Assembly (NCBI GenBank): GCA_965116875.1 | Contig: OZ220733.1 | Location: 2,944,001-3,008,000, forward strand | DNA length: 64,000 nucleotides | Direction of reading: 5' to 3' | From: Candidatus Latescibacterota bacterium | Lineage (GTDB): Bacteria > Latescibacterota > UBA2968 > GCA-2709665 | Part shown: positions 1 to 9,181 of the stretch, in pieces | Layout: every line of letters begins with the position of its first letter | Position numbering within the stretch: position 1 is the first letter of the stretch | The notes under the pieces: generated by a model | Told to the model about the DNA's origin: nothing | Databases searched by the model: none | Seen by the model: only the letters and a program-made list of their open reading frames with translations | Translations under genes and position numbers: made by a program

Positions 1-349
1 CATTATTCGGAAACACGCCGGACGAACTCACGTACACGTAGCGCTCCAGGCTGTCCGCGAACCGCCCGCAAGCCCGCGACACCTCCAGGTTGATCTGCGT
101 GTTGATCTCGAAATAGGGTCCTACCAGGTTGGCCGTGTGAATCACGGCATCCGTCCCCGAGACAAGCTTCTGCGTGAACGCTCCGTCCGCCAGGTCTCCT
201 TCCACGAGCTCCACGTCCAGACCGTCCAGCCGGCTCAGACAGGGGTCGTCCGGCAATACGCAGCCCCGGACGTCCAGGTTCAGGTCCAGTAGCTGACGTA
301 CCAGCCGGCATCCCACCTGTCCCGCCGCGCCGGTCACGAGTACCTTCAT
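1..349 (-). CDS. NAD-dependent epimerase/dehydratase (extended SDR), 3' end truncated by window edge
   Basis: Manual translation from ATG at 349 (RBS GGAGG upstream): MKVLVTGAAGQVGCRLVRQLL...VEGDL...DAVIHTA...YVYVSSSGVF. TGxxGxxG Rossmann motif. Not in the ORF track because the stop lies outside the window. Confidence 0.9.
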   Translation of the reverse strand, partial: MKVLVTGAAGQVGCRLVRQLLDLNLDVRGCVLPDDPCLSRLDGLDVELVEGDLADGAFTQKLVSGTDAVIHTANLVGPYFEINTQINLEVSRACGRFADSLERYVYVSSSGVFPNN

Positions 350-623
350 GGCAGACCTCCTGATCGATTTGCGGAACGGCAGAAACCCGCTCTGCAGTCA
401 CTGCGGTGGGCGAACGAACCCAATATATCCCCTGGGGTCCGATATCGCAACCCCGCCGCCAACGTACAGAACTTCCAGCGCGCCTTTCATTCTATTGGAA
501 TGTGCCTACCCGATTTGCTAAATTGACGAAACTCCGCACGCGTTCATCCGTATGTAAAGTCCGTCGCGCGAAACCAAGACATCCCTGTCGTTCGGCCTCC
601 CAGCCCATCCCGGAGCGCAGCCC

Positions 624-1694
624 ATGTCCACCGCACAACGCTTCCGCCCCGCGCACATGCACGCCATCGCCCGCAATCTGTTGTCGGCTGCCGGCGCCCC
701 GCGCCACGTCGCAGATACCGTTTCCGGAGTCCTCGTCAACTCCAACCTCTCCGGCCACGACTCCCACGGCGTGCTCCGGATCCCCACCTATCTGGACGGT
801 ATTTCCGGCGGCGCAATCGTGCCGGCCGCCGAACCGGAGATCGTCCGGGAGAACGGGAATACGCTGATTGTGGACGGCCATAGCGGGATGGGGATCTATA
901 CCGCGCGAAAGGCCATTGACCTCGCCATCGACAACGCCGCCCGGTCCGGGGTGTGCTGCATCAGCTTCAGACGCGTGGGCCACTTCGGACGGCTCGGAGA
1001 ATACGCGGAGATCGCCGCCCGCGCCGGCTGTATCGCCATCATCACCATCGGCGTGGGGACCGTGGACGCCGTCGCGCCGTACGGCGCAACCCGCGGCCCC
1101 CTCGGGACGAATCCGATCGCCTTCGGAGTGCCCACCGGCGATGCCGCCCCGTTTATCCTGGACATTGCCACGAGCGTCGTGGCCGAAGGCAAGCTGCAGG
1201 TGGCCCGCGCCGAGAAGTCGTCCATTCCGGAAGGAAATATCCTGGACAAACACGGCAAGCCCAGCACAGATCCGCTGGACTTCTACGACGGAGGATATCT
1301 CCTGCCGTTCGGGGCGCACAAGGGCTCCGGGCTCCTGCTGCTGACCTGCCTGTTGAGCGGCCTGTCGGGCGTTCCGGAAGTGGAAGAGGGTACACTTTCG
1401 GGCGCGTTCATGCAGGTGATACGCATCAGCGCCTTCACTCCGCTGGCGTCCTACCAGCGCGGGATTCGCGCCTTCCTGGACATGATCAAGGCCATCCCCC
1501 CGGCGCCCGGCTTCGACGAGGTCCTCGTGCCGGGGGACTTCGAACACCGCACCCGCGCGCAACGCCTTCGTGACGGATTCGACGTCCCGGGCCCCATCGT
1601 GGAGGCGTTGACGGATCGCGCGGACCGGCTGAACGTGTCCATGGCGGAAGACACCGTTGAGCCTGGAGATGAGGAAAGGTACATGAGGCGGTGA
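624..1694 (+). CDS. Ldh_2 family (malate/L-lactate/L-sulfolactate-type) oxidoreductase
   Basis: Motifs GHDSHGVLRI, HFGRLGEY, GTNPIAF, LDIATS, PFGAHKGSGL, VLVPG. Confidence 0.92.
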   Translation: MSTAQRFRPAHMHAIARNLLSAAGAPRHVADTVSGVLVNSNLSGHDSHGVLRIPTYLDGISGGAIVPAAEPEIVRENGNTLIVDGHSGMGIYTARKAIDLAIDNAARSGVCCISFRRVGHFGRLGEYAEIAARAGCIAIITIGVGTVDAVAPYGATRGPLGTNPIAFGVPTGDAAPFILDIATSVVAEGKLQVARAEKSSIPEGNILDKHGKPSTDPLDFYDGGYLLPFGAHKGSGLLLLTCLLSGLSGVPEVEEGTLSGAFMQVIRISAFTPLASYQRGIRAFLDMIKAIPPAPGFDEVLVPGDFEHRTRAQRLRDGFDVPGPIVEALTDRADRLNVSMAEDTVEPGDEERYMRR

Positions 1695-1785
1695 GACGGT
1701 AGAGGGGAGACGGGAGAAGAAGCCCATGCACGGTATGGTTTTCCTCCTTGCCTTCGGCACGAGAAGAAACCCTATGCGGCACGCG
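1691..1785 (+). repeat. Dispersed heptamer-armed repeat, copy 1 (right arm replaced by another hairpin)
   Basis: GTGAGAC/GGTAGAG/GGGAGAC/GGGAGAA heptamers, then core CTTGCCTTCGGCACGAGAAGAA shared with 21470-21594. Confidence 0.75.
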
Positions 1786-1862
1786 ATACCCGCCTTTCCT
1801 CCCCCTTTCCTTTAGGAGAGGGGGCCGGGGGGAGAGGTCCCGTGCGCATCGACGTTGCAATG

Positions 1863-1890
1863 GTAGGAGCGTCCCTTGTGGGCGCCCGCC
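1863..1890 (+). repeat. GTAG-type REP-like element
   Basis: GTAGGAGCGTCCCTTGTGGGCGCCCGCC, near-identical to copies at 2542-2567 (inverted) and 2622-2649. Confidence 0.75.
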
Positions 1891-1912
1891 TTTTCAAAAA
1901 ATATACTGAATT

Positions 1913-1929
1913 AATATAATTATTATATT
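1913..1929. promoter_or_regulatory. AT-rich palindrome upstream of brnT, candidate TA autoregulatory operator
   Basis: AATATAAT-T-ATTATATT perfect inverted repeat in an AT-rich promoter-like stretch. Confidence 0.45.
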
Positions 1930-2012
1930 GAAAATATATGATTATTGTATATATTCTATGCGGAATCGCTGAATTGGATGTTTGATAATGGCCGAATGGA
2001 CGGACCCTGTCA

Positions 2013-2282
2013 ATGGAGTTCGAATTCGACGATTCGAAGAGTCAGAGAAATATGGAAAAACACGGCATCGACTTCATTGAGGCTCAAGGGATCTGGGATG
2101 ATCCCGAAATCATCGAAATCCCGGCTCGGGTCGTAGACGAACCCAGGTTTCTTGTGATCGGGATGATTCGCGGGACCTGCTGGTCTGGTATCGTCACGTA
2201 TCGCGGGGAGAAGGTCCGGATCATATCCGTCCGCCGGTCCAGAAAGGAGGAGATCGAAATCTATGAAAGCGCAAGAACTTGA
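2013..2282 (+). CDS. brnT: BrnT family ribonuclease toxin (DUF497)
   Basis: MEFEFDDSKSQRNMEKHGIDFIEA...EPRFLVIG...VRIISVRRSRKEEIEIYE matches the BrnT pattern. Confidence 0.9.
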   Translation: MEFEFDDSKSQRNMEKHGIDFIEAQGIWDDPEIIEIPARVVDEPRFLVIGMIRGTCWSGIVTYRGEKVRIISVRRSRKEEIEIYESART

Positions 2283-2490
2283 GGAGAAATTCGACAGCGG
2301 AGAAGATGTAACCGGGTACCTGGACCTGGATCGGGCGAGAAGGCCAGCCCAGGAGCCGAAGCGGGTGAACGTGGATTTTCCAATCTGGATGGTTCATTCG
2401 CTCGACAGGGAAGCCGGGCGTCTGGGTGTAACGCGGCAGTCGATCATCAAATTCTGGATCGCGGAAAAGCTGAAGGTCGTGTCTTCGTGA
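2263..2490 (+). CDS. brnA: BrnA-type antitoxin (CopG/RHH)
   Basis: Overlaps brnT. MKAQELEEKFDSGEDV...KRVNVDFPIWMVHSLDREAGRLGVTRQSIIKFWIAEKL, a ribbon-helix-helix. Confidence 0.88.
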   Translation: MKAQELEEKFDSGEDVTGYLDLDRARRPAQEPKRVNVDFPIWMVHSLDREAGRLGVTRQSIIKFWIAEKLKVVSS

Positions 2491-2541
2491 GATGGAGCGG
2501 AGGGCCGACCGGGCAGTGGACTCCTGGTTATCGCCGGTGTC

Positions 2542-2649
2542 CGGGCGCCCACAAGGGACGCCCCTACAAGACCGGACATTCACGAATTGGACTGTCCGGA
2601 ATCCGTACCGACATTACATTCGTAGGGGCGCCCCTTGTGGGCGCCCGCC
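2542..2649. repeat. Pair of GTAG-type REP-like elements in opposite orientation
   Basis: CGGGCGCCCACAAGGGACGCCCCTAC (2542-2567) and GTAGGGGCGCCCCTTGTGGGCGCCCGCC (2622-2649). Confidence 0.75.
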
Positions 2650-2676
2650 TCTCCGGTGTTCCTCTCACAAGAATGA

Positions 2677-2706
2677 AAACGGGGGCGAGATGAATCGCCC
2701 CCGTTT
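2677..2706. terminator. Hairpin between convergent genes
   Basis: AAACGGGGGCGA-GATGAA-TCGCCCCCGTTT. Confidence 0.6.
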
Positions 2707-2730
2707 ACCTTTCATCATTTTTCCCCGCGC

Positions 2731-3324
2731 CTATACGTGCGGGCCTCGTTCCCTGATAATCCGTAACGCCAGGTCCGGATCGATCTGAACGATCATCTCC
2801 GGTTCGATTTTGCAATGGCCGGGCAGGTCGAACCCCGCCACCGCGCTGCGGGCGTGCCATCCCGACAGCGATGCGTCCATCCCGTCTTCGCCGAACCGCG
2901 AACCCGGTCCTCCGAACACGTCGTGGAAGACCGTGCTGTACCCGTCCACGACCTGGGGCGACTTCGAAAAGGAACCGCCGCCGGCGGAATTCACCATCCC
3001 GATGCATTTTACGCAATACCACACGTCGTTCAGCGTGCCGAACGGGTCCAGCGCCCAATGCAGCGTCACGACGTGGGAAATGCCCGCCTCCCTTCCGGCC
3101 TCGAAACCTGCTTCCACGTCCGCGTCGTCATTGGTCACCGCGCCTGTCCCACCCCCCGTCCCTGATGTAAACACCAGCCCGGAAGGCGTAAACGTGGCCA
3201 TGCAGATCCGCCGTCCCTGAGGCGCAGGACACGCATCCTCCCTGGATCCCAGATCGATTCCCAGCTCCTCCAACCGGTCGTATACGTCGAAATCCCTCTG
3301 CCATGAACCGTGCAGTTCCGCCAT
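2731..3324 (-). CDS. RidA/YjgF-like (Rid) family protein
   Basis: LVFTSG, VKCIGMVNS, PQVVDGYS...VFG, HARSAVAGFDLP...EPEMIVQI match the Rid subfamily with the HARSAVG motif. RBS GGAGG upstream. Confidence 0.75.
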   Translation of the reverse strand: MAELHGSWQRDFDVYDRLEELGIDLGSREDACPAPQGRRICMATFTPSGLVFTSGTGGGTGAVTNDDADVEAGFEAGREAGISHVVTLHWALDPFGTLNDVWYCVKCIGMVNSAGGGSFSKSPQVVDGYSTVFHDVFGGPGSRFGEDGMDASLSGWHARSAVAGFDLPGHCKIEPEMIVQIDPDLALRIIRERGPHV

Positions 3325-3473
3325 TTGCTCTCCTCCGTGTAAGTTGGCGATTCCGAAAAACGTGCACTTAAAATATAGTCTGTATACGCGATGTCAAGCC
3401 TCGAAAACGGCACCGCGTACCGGAATTTTCCTGGCGAGATCGTCGCGGAATCCGGTCTCTCTCCGCGTTCCCG

Positions 3474-4559
3474 CTACCAGATGGTGGCGGCGATATACCG
3501 CTCACCGTCGGGCTCGTCGTCGTAATAATACGCGGAAACGACCCTGCCGTCCGGCCGCTGCACCGCGCGTGGATAGCCGACGTCGTGGTCCCCGCCGTCG
3601 TCCCTCAGGACAATGGGGTCGGTCCACGTCGCTCCCTCGTCTTCGCTCACCACGGCCCGAAGCCCCGAAGGCGCGTCGCGGTACCCGTATACGAGGCAGA
3701 GGCGCCCGTCGTCCAGCAGCATCATCGCGGGCGGGTTGCCCCCCGTCCCGGTTTCGGCCACCGGCCGGTTGACGTAGCGCCAGTTCGCCGCGTTGTCGTC
3801 CGAACTGTACAGGTCGATCCAGTTGCCTTCCCTGCTCCCGCCGCCCCCCCGGCATCGCACGGACACCAGGATGCGTCCTCCGGGAAGCCGGATGCTGGCC
3901 GGCATGATGGCGAATCCCTCCGGTTCATCTCCGATCCAGGACAGGAACTCAAACGTCCTCCCGCCGTCCAAGGTGCGCGCGCAGAACACCCGGCCCTCGC
4001 GCCCGTCGGATTTGGCCGACGTGAGGAACAACGTGCAGGTGTCCGGTCCATCCAGCAGATAGTCCGTTCGGGCCGCGATTCCCCGCAGCCCGAACATAGG
4101 CAGACCAAAGGGACCGTCCCATGACCGGCACCGGTCGGTCGACGTATAGAACCAGGACCGGGCGCCGTCTGCAAGTCCTGTACGGGCGCACATCAGCGCG
4201 ATATCCGGATGGCTGAAGTCGATCCCATAGGGATGCCCGGGCGGCAGCTTAGCCGCCACTTCAATCTCCAGCGAGCGGTTCACATGCTCGTTCGCCGATA
4301 CCCCCTTGCCTTCCGGAGAGGCGATCGGTATCGGTTCGACGGACCAGTTCAGACCGCCGTCCGGACTGCGCGCCTGCATGGTCTCAAAGGGCCGGTCCCG
4401 GTCGCGCCGGTGAAACCCGCCGTCCGACTTGTGATACCCCAACGTGAAGCCGACCACGATCTCGTTTCCCCACGACCAGATCCCGTAGTTCGCCGGCCAC
4501 CCGGCGTATCTCCCCTTTTCCCTGTAGACGACGACGTGTTCCATGTTCAGTACTCCCAT
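3474..4559 (-). CDS. BNR/Asp-box (sialidase-like) beta-propeller protein
   Basis: Repeated Asp-boxes: SPDGGLNW, STDRCRSW, TLDGGRTF, SDDNAANW, SEDEGATW. C-terminal DVGYP. True start may be 4544. Confidence 0.85.
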   Translation of the reverse strand: MGVLNMEHVVVYREKGRYAGWPANYGIWSWGNEIVVGFTLGYHKSDGGFHRRDRDRPFETMQARSPDGGLNWSVEPIPIASPEGKGVSANEHVNRSLEIEVAAKLPPGHPYGIDFSHPDIALMCARTGLADGARSWFYTSTDRCRSWDGPFGLPMFGLRGIAARTDYLLDGPDTCTLFLTSAKSDGREGRVFCARTLDGGRTFEFLSWIGDEPEGFAIMPASIRLPGGRILVSVRCRGGGGSREGNWIDLYSSDDNAANWRYVNRPVAETGTGGNPPAMMLLDDGRLCLVYGYRDAPSGLRAVVSEDEGATWTDPIVLRDDGGDHDVGYPRAVQRPDGRVVSAYYYDDEPDGERYIAATIW

Positions 4560-4777
4560 CTTCGGTAATATGTATTACTGATGGCGGTTGTCGTTGAATT
4601 CAATCAGATCACCCGTATCGCAAACCACGCGTAAAGGTTATCGCTGGATATTCTGACGCCAGCCCGCGCAAATCCGCCTTGTGCGCCATCACGGGCGGCA
4701 TTATTCTATACCGGCCGCGGCATACAGATCTCCTCGCCCTTCGCGTCCGGACCCGTATAAACAGAAAGGACCTCTCG

Positions 4778-5422
4778 ATGGATACACTGCAACTGGCGGC
4801 GCCCACCAACGCCTTTGTCCTGTTCAACGGCAGGGACCTCAGCAACTGGACCGCCCGGGACGGAGGCGATCCCGGATGGTCCGTGGAAGACGGCATCCTC
4901 CAGGTCGTGCCCCGGACGGGTGACATCATCCACACCGAGCCCCTGACCGACTTTTTTCTCCACCTGGAGTTCCGCAGTCCGGACATGCCCGAGGCCACGG
5001 GACAGGCCAAGGGCAACAGCGGGGTCTTTTTGCAGGGCCTCTACGAGATTCAGGTCCTGGATTCCTCGCACGTCAACGTCCCCGGCACCGGCGACTGCGG
5101 CGCCTTTTACCTCGAGTCCGCCCCGCTCGTGAACGCCTGCAGACCGGCCATGGAATGGCAGACGTACGATATCTGGTTCCGGGCGCCCCGCCTGGGCGAC
5201 TCCGGCGACGTTTCCGAACACGCCCGCGCCACCGTTCTCCAGAACGGCATCGTCATCCAGAACAACGTGCAGATCTCCGGCCCCACGGGATCCGCTTCCG
5301 GCTTGACGGTTGGAACTTCCGGCCCGCTGCGCCTGCAGGACCACGGAGACCGCGTCGCCTACCGCAACATCTGGGCCGTTCCGCTTCCCACAAAGGGTTC
5401 CGACACGTACGAACCGCAGTAG
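4778..5422 (+). CDS. DUF1080 / 3-keto-disaccharide hydrolase family
   Basis: LFNGRDLSNW, DFFLHLEF, GNSGVFLQG.YEIQVLDS, WQTYDI, LQDHGDRVAYRNIW. Start chosen after AAGGA. Confidence 0.92.
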   Translation: MDTLQLAAPTNAFVLFNGRDLSNWTARDGGDPGWSVEDGILQVVPRTGDIIHTEPLTDFFLHLEFRSPDMPEATGQAKGNSGVFLQGLYEIQVLDSSHVNVPGTGDCGAFYLESAPLVNACRPAMEWQTYDIWFRAPRLGDSGDVSEHARATVLQNGIVIQNNVQISGPTGSASGLTVGTSGPLRLQDHGDRVAYRNIWAVPLPTKGSDTYEPQ

Positions 5423-5485
5423 CATTCGCGATGGAACCCGCGCTGTATTGTAATCGGCACGACTTGCATACAATGACGGTCTCCC

Positions 5486-6082
5486 ATGAATAACGCCATT
5501 GATCTGGCCGGCCTTGACACGGATCCCGGTCTCCTCAGGTTCGCCCTGAACGGAAGTTGTGTCGACGGCCCGTCCTTCGAAACCTGGAGGCGGGCGCGAT
5601 CGTTCATCGCCTCCGAGATCCATCGGCCGGGTGCCATGCTGGATATCGGATGCGCCAACGGATTCCTGTTGCGTTGTCTACAGGAATGGTCCGAATACCC
5701 GATCACTCCGTTCGGTATCGACTCCAGCGCGGGCAGGGCCCGGGACGTCGCCAGGTTCTTTCCCTCGCAGCGAGACCATTTCGCCCGTCTTCCCGTAGAG
5801 CGGATGGGCGAAATCGACGCTCACGGTCTTCCCACCAAATACGATTTCATCTACTGGGCCGTCTGGGACAATTACGGGTTCGACCGTCAGGACCGGATCG
5901 ACCTTCTGCAACGGGCCTTCGAGAGTGTGAAAGACGACGGACGGCTGATACTGGGCTTCTACGACCGCGATCCCAAGACGATCGATAACAAGATCGCCCG
6001 GATTCAGGACCTCAATCTCGGGCACGGGGTCCGCGTGGCGAATCCCAACGGACCGCAGGAACTGTTGCGGATATCGAAATAG
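5486..6082 (+). CDS. Class I SAM-dependent methyltransferase
   Basis: Motif I MLDIGCANG, then YDFIY and DDGRLILG. Confidence 0.75.
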   Translation: MNNAIDLAGLDTDPGLLRFALNGSCVDGPSFETWRRARSFIASEIHRPGAMLDIGCANGFLLRCLQEWSEYPITPFGIDSSAGRARDVARFFPSQRDHFARLPVERMGEIDAHGLPTKYDFIYWAVWDNYGFDRQDRIDLLQRAFESVKDDGRLILGFYDRDPKTIDNKIARIQDLNLGHGVRVANPNGPQELLRISK

Positions 6083-6086
6083 CAAA

Positions 6087-6114
6087 GGCGGGCAACCACA
6101 AGGGTTGCCCCTAC
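6087..6114 (-). repeat. GTAG-type REP-like element
   Basis: GGCGGGCAACCACAAGGGTTGCCCCTAC, same core as 34840-34864 and 35011-35038. Confidence 0.8.
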
Positions 6115-6183
6115 AATTGCACATCAGGCGCAGGTGTTGATGTTGATTTTTCTGACGGCTGACGGCTGAGAGCTGCTTCCCAC

Positions 6184-6648
6184 TCATCTCCTGATCACGT
6201 CCTCGAACTCCTGGAACATTTCGATGCTGATGCCGTCCGGGTCCAGTGCGTACATCGCACGGGCCACCACCACCCCGTCGCGGTCCACGTCCGTGGGCGG
6301 ATTGATCGAACCGAAACCCGCCTCCTTGAGTCGCGCGTGCATCGCGTCCACGTCGTCCACCTCGAACGCCGCGTGCGATGCGCCCAGATACCGGTTTTCC
6401 TGGGGCCGGGGCTCAACTTCCGGATGAACGTATTGAACGAGTTCCAGTATGAACTCGTTCACGGGATGCCGCAGGATCGCAATCTTCAGATGGACCTCGT
6501 CGTAGCCCAGAATCGTATCGTACGACGGAAGGTCCTTCCGCTCGGATATCCGCACAAGCTCCAGCCCGAGCAGGTCCCGGTAAAACGCAACCGAACGATC
6601 CAGGTCCGATACCGTAAATCCGTGATGGTGCCCCATTACAATGCCCAT
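6184..6648 (-). CDS. VOC/glyoxalase family protein
   Basis: HHGFTVSDLDRSVAFYRDLLG, LELVQY, HAAFEVDDVD, DPDGISIEM. Confidence 0.92.
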   Translation of the reverse strand: MGIVMGHHHGFTVSDLDRSVAFYRDLLGLELVRISERKDLPSYDTILGYDEVHLKIAILRHPVNEFILELVQYVHPEVEPRPQENRYLGASHAAFEVDDVDAMHARLKEAGFGSINPPTDVDRDGVVVARAMYALDPDGISIEMFQEFEDVIRR

Positions 6649-7321
6649 ATCTCTTTACTCCATGAAAGTAGACAGCCGCGAGGATGGTAATGAAAAACCT
6701 GCCGAAAGGGCGCTGTCGATTGCTGTTCGCACGGAAATCATACCCGAAATATACCACTCTAAATCATGCGAAGTTATGAACGCCATTTTAGCTAATATAT
6801 AACCGGGAGTGACAAAAAGCCGACATTTTTCGCACCTCCTCGACGTGTATTTTCGCAGCGCGTTCATTGAGCTTGTCGAAATGCCCGCGCTGCGGTAGCC
6901 AGTCGTTGTCCTTCGCCGACCCTTCGACAATCCTTCGGCAGGCTCAGGACAACGGCTCAGGGACCGCAGGCTCAGGGGGCGGGAAAGGTTGCGCGAGATT
7001 GAATCCGTTCGCGGTGGCATCGATCGAATACAGGAATCGACCCAGACGTCGCCCTTGGTTTGCGGGAACCCGCGCCCCGTCACGGTCGTATATATGGCAT
7101 CTGTGGCGGTGACCCGCTGACTGTTCGGAAAGCTACGGAACCGGTCTGACAGACGTGGGGCCGTCCGGCGCGGATACCTGCTGAACCTTCCGTACCCTAT
7201 CGACGGAATGGGGCTCCGGCAGTTGCGTCGATTCCGTTGTCCGTCCAGGCAGGGCGCGCGTCCGATCATCGGGCCGCGGCCGGCCTGGTCCGTTTTCAAC
7301 CTGTTTCAAAGGAGTTGATCC

Positions 7322-7750
7322 ATGCGCATCCGAAGTACGCTTTCTGTCGTCACCCTTTCGCTCTTTCTGATGGCCGGATCCAGTCTGGCAGGAACCGTGG
7401 AGGTACCGGGCGACGGCAACCCGGCCCTGTACGTCGTGAAGGTACACGCAGACTGGTGCGGCGCCTGCACGGCGCTGATACCCGTCCTGGACGAGGTCCG
7501 GACGTCACTTGCGGACAAGCCGGTTCTGTTTCTCGAGCTGGACGTGACCGACGCGAAGCGCACCTCCCAGTCGCGCCTGCTGGCCGCCGCCCTCGGTATC
7601 GAGGAGCCGTTCAAGGCCAACAACAAGACGGGCCTGGTCCTGCTCATCGATCCCGCGAAGAAAGCAGTCGTGGAGACCCTGACGCGCAAGAATCCCGCGG
7701 ACGAGATGACGGGCAAAATCAAGGGCCACATCGCCGCGAATGGCAAGTAA
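7322..7750 (+). CDS. Exported thioredoxin-fold protein
   Basis: Signal-peptide-like N-terminus, HADWCGAC active site, RBS AAGGAG. Confidence 0.85.
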   Translation: MRIRSTLSVVTLSLFLMAGSSLAGTVEVPGDGNPALYVVKVHADWCGACTALIPVLDEVRTSLADKPVLFLELDVTDAKRTSQSRLLAAALGIEEPFKANNKTGLVLLIDPAKKAVVETLTRKNPADEMTGKIKGHIAANGK

Positions 7751-7773
7751 CGCTAGTGTAAGCCTGCGACGTG

Positions 7774-7935
7774 GCAGTCCGTTGATAAGGTCGCTCTGCA
7801 GGCGAGGCCGAGCCATTGTGGTCGAAGACAAGGCGCGCGACCGAGTCCCATCCTGCGATTCGGCGAGGGAGCGCAACGCAGTATTTCGACCGCAAGGGCC
7901 GGACGCAGGCCGGATGGACTTTTTCAACGGGCTGC
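7774..7935. mobile_element. MITE-like element with about 19-bp imperfect terminal inverted repeats
   Basis: Left end GCAGTCCGTTGATAAGGTC, right end GACTTTTTCAACGGGCTGC. A shorter relative lies at 41583-41668. Confidence 0.65.
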
Positions 7936-8063
7936 TAAGGTCGGGTGACAAAAGCATTGCGGAGAAGCGATCCCCGAGGTTTCTTTCTGATTGAGATATC
8001 CGGACGTCAACCCGTTCCGCGCATCCGGGAAGCTCCCGTCCCCGTCGACTAAGGATTCGTTCA

Positions 8064-9131
8064 ATGATCATCAAAAACATCAGCGCGACCACGGTCAGCA
8101 TCCCCTACGCCGCGCCCGTCGGGCCGTACGTCGGTCGCGGCGCCGGAGGCGGCACGCTGGGTGGAACCGGCCTCATCGTCAGAATCGAGTCCGATTCGGG
8201 CCTCGTGGGTTGGGGCGAGGGCACCGGCGGCTTCGCAACGGACCCGAACGCGGTTCTGTCAGGCGCCCACGTTTCCGACGTTGAAAAGGCAATCGGCCTC
8301 ATGGAGCGTGCGGGCATTCCGAGGGGCCCGATGTCCGGCATCGAAATGGCGCTCTGGGACCTCCTTGGCAAGCACGCCGGGCTGCCCCTCTGCCGCCTGA
8401 TGGGCGGTATCGTGCGTACGGAGGTCGACTTCACCGCGTGCATGGGCCTGAAAGCGCCGGAAGAGTCGGCAGCCACCGCCCGTGAATACATCGACCGGTG
8501 GGGATTTCGCGTCATCAAGACGAAAGCCGGAAACGACCCCGCGCAGGACCTGGCCATTGCCGAAGCGGCCCAGAGGGAAATTGGGGACGAAGCCGCATTC
8601 CGTCCGGACGCGAACGGCGGCTATCCCCCTGAAGAGACGCTGGAGATCATGAGGAAGATGGCGGATCTCGGCGTCATGCATTTCGAAGACCCGTGCGACA
8701 CGGAACACGTGGAAACGCTGGCGCGTGTGCGGGCCGAGGTGGGCACTCACATCCTCGTGAACGGCGGCGTGGCCCTGCCCGGCAGCATCCGGCCTTTTCT
8801 GGAGTCAGAATGTGCGGACTCCCTGATGCCGGACACGCCGGCCGCCGGTGCGCTGCTCCGCGTGAGAAAAATCGCGGACGCGGCCGAGCCCTGGGGCGTG
8901 CCGTGCCTGATGCACTGTTCGCACGACCTGGGCCTTAAAACCGCAGCCATCACCCATATCGCCGCTTCAACGCCCAACTTCTCGGGTCCCAACGACACCT
9001 GCTACCACGGGCTTGTCGACGACGTTCTGGCCGAACCGTTCAAGTTCGAAAACGGGCGGCTGAAGGTTCCCCTCGGCCCGGGCCTCGGCGTGGAAGTCGA
9101 CGAATCCAGGGTTGAAAAGTACCGGGTCTGA
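8064..9131 (+). CDS. Mandelate racemase/muconate lactonizing enzyme family (enolase superfamily)
   Basis: GLVGWGE, IEMALWDLLGK, KTKAG, DANGGY, FEDP, GPGLGVEVD. Confidence 0.9.
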   Translation: MIIKNISATTVSIPYAAPVGPYVGRGAGGGTLGGTGLIVRIESDSGLVGWGEGTGGFATDPNAVLSGAHVSDVEKAIGLMERAGIPRGPMSGIEMALWDLLGKHAGLPLCRLMGGIVRTEVDFTACMGLKAPEESAATAREYIDRWGFRVIKTKAGNDPAQDLAIAEAAQREIGDEAAFRPDANGGYPPEETLEIMRKMADLGVMHFEDPCDTEHVETLARVRAEVGTHILVNGGVALPGSIRPFLESECADSLMPDTPAAGALLRVRKIADAAEPWGVPCLMHCSHDLGLKTAAITHIAASTPNFSGPNDTCYHGLVDDVLAEPFKFENGRLKVPLGPGLGVEVDESRVEKYRV

Positions 9132-9181
9132 ACCGCGCGAAGACCGCTTGGGGTTTTAAGACAGCTTCTGAAGGGTCCGGT

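Noticed and set aside
3-401. ORF-track 132-aa minus-strand ORF
   Set aside because: Wrong frame. The overlapping frame from ATG 349 gives a clear SDR with an RBS.
492-1760. Long antisense/shadow ORFs (also 35613-36830, 38352-39533, 49536-50819 and others)
   Set aside because: They overlap well-supported genes on the opposite strand, as expected in high-GC DNA.
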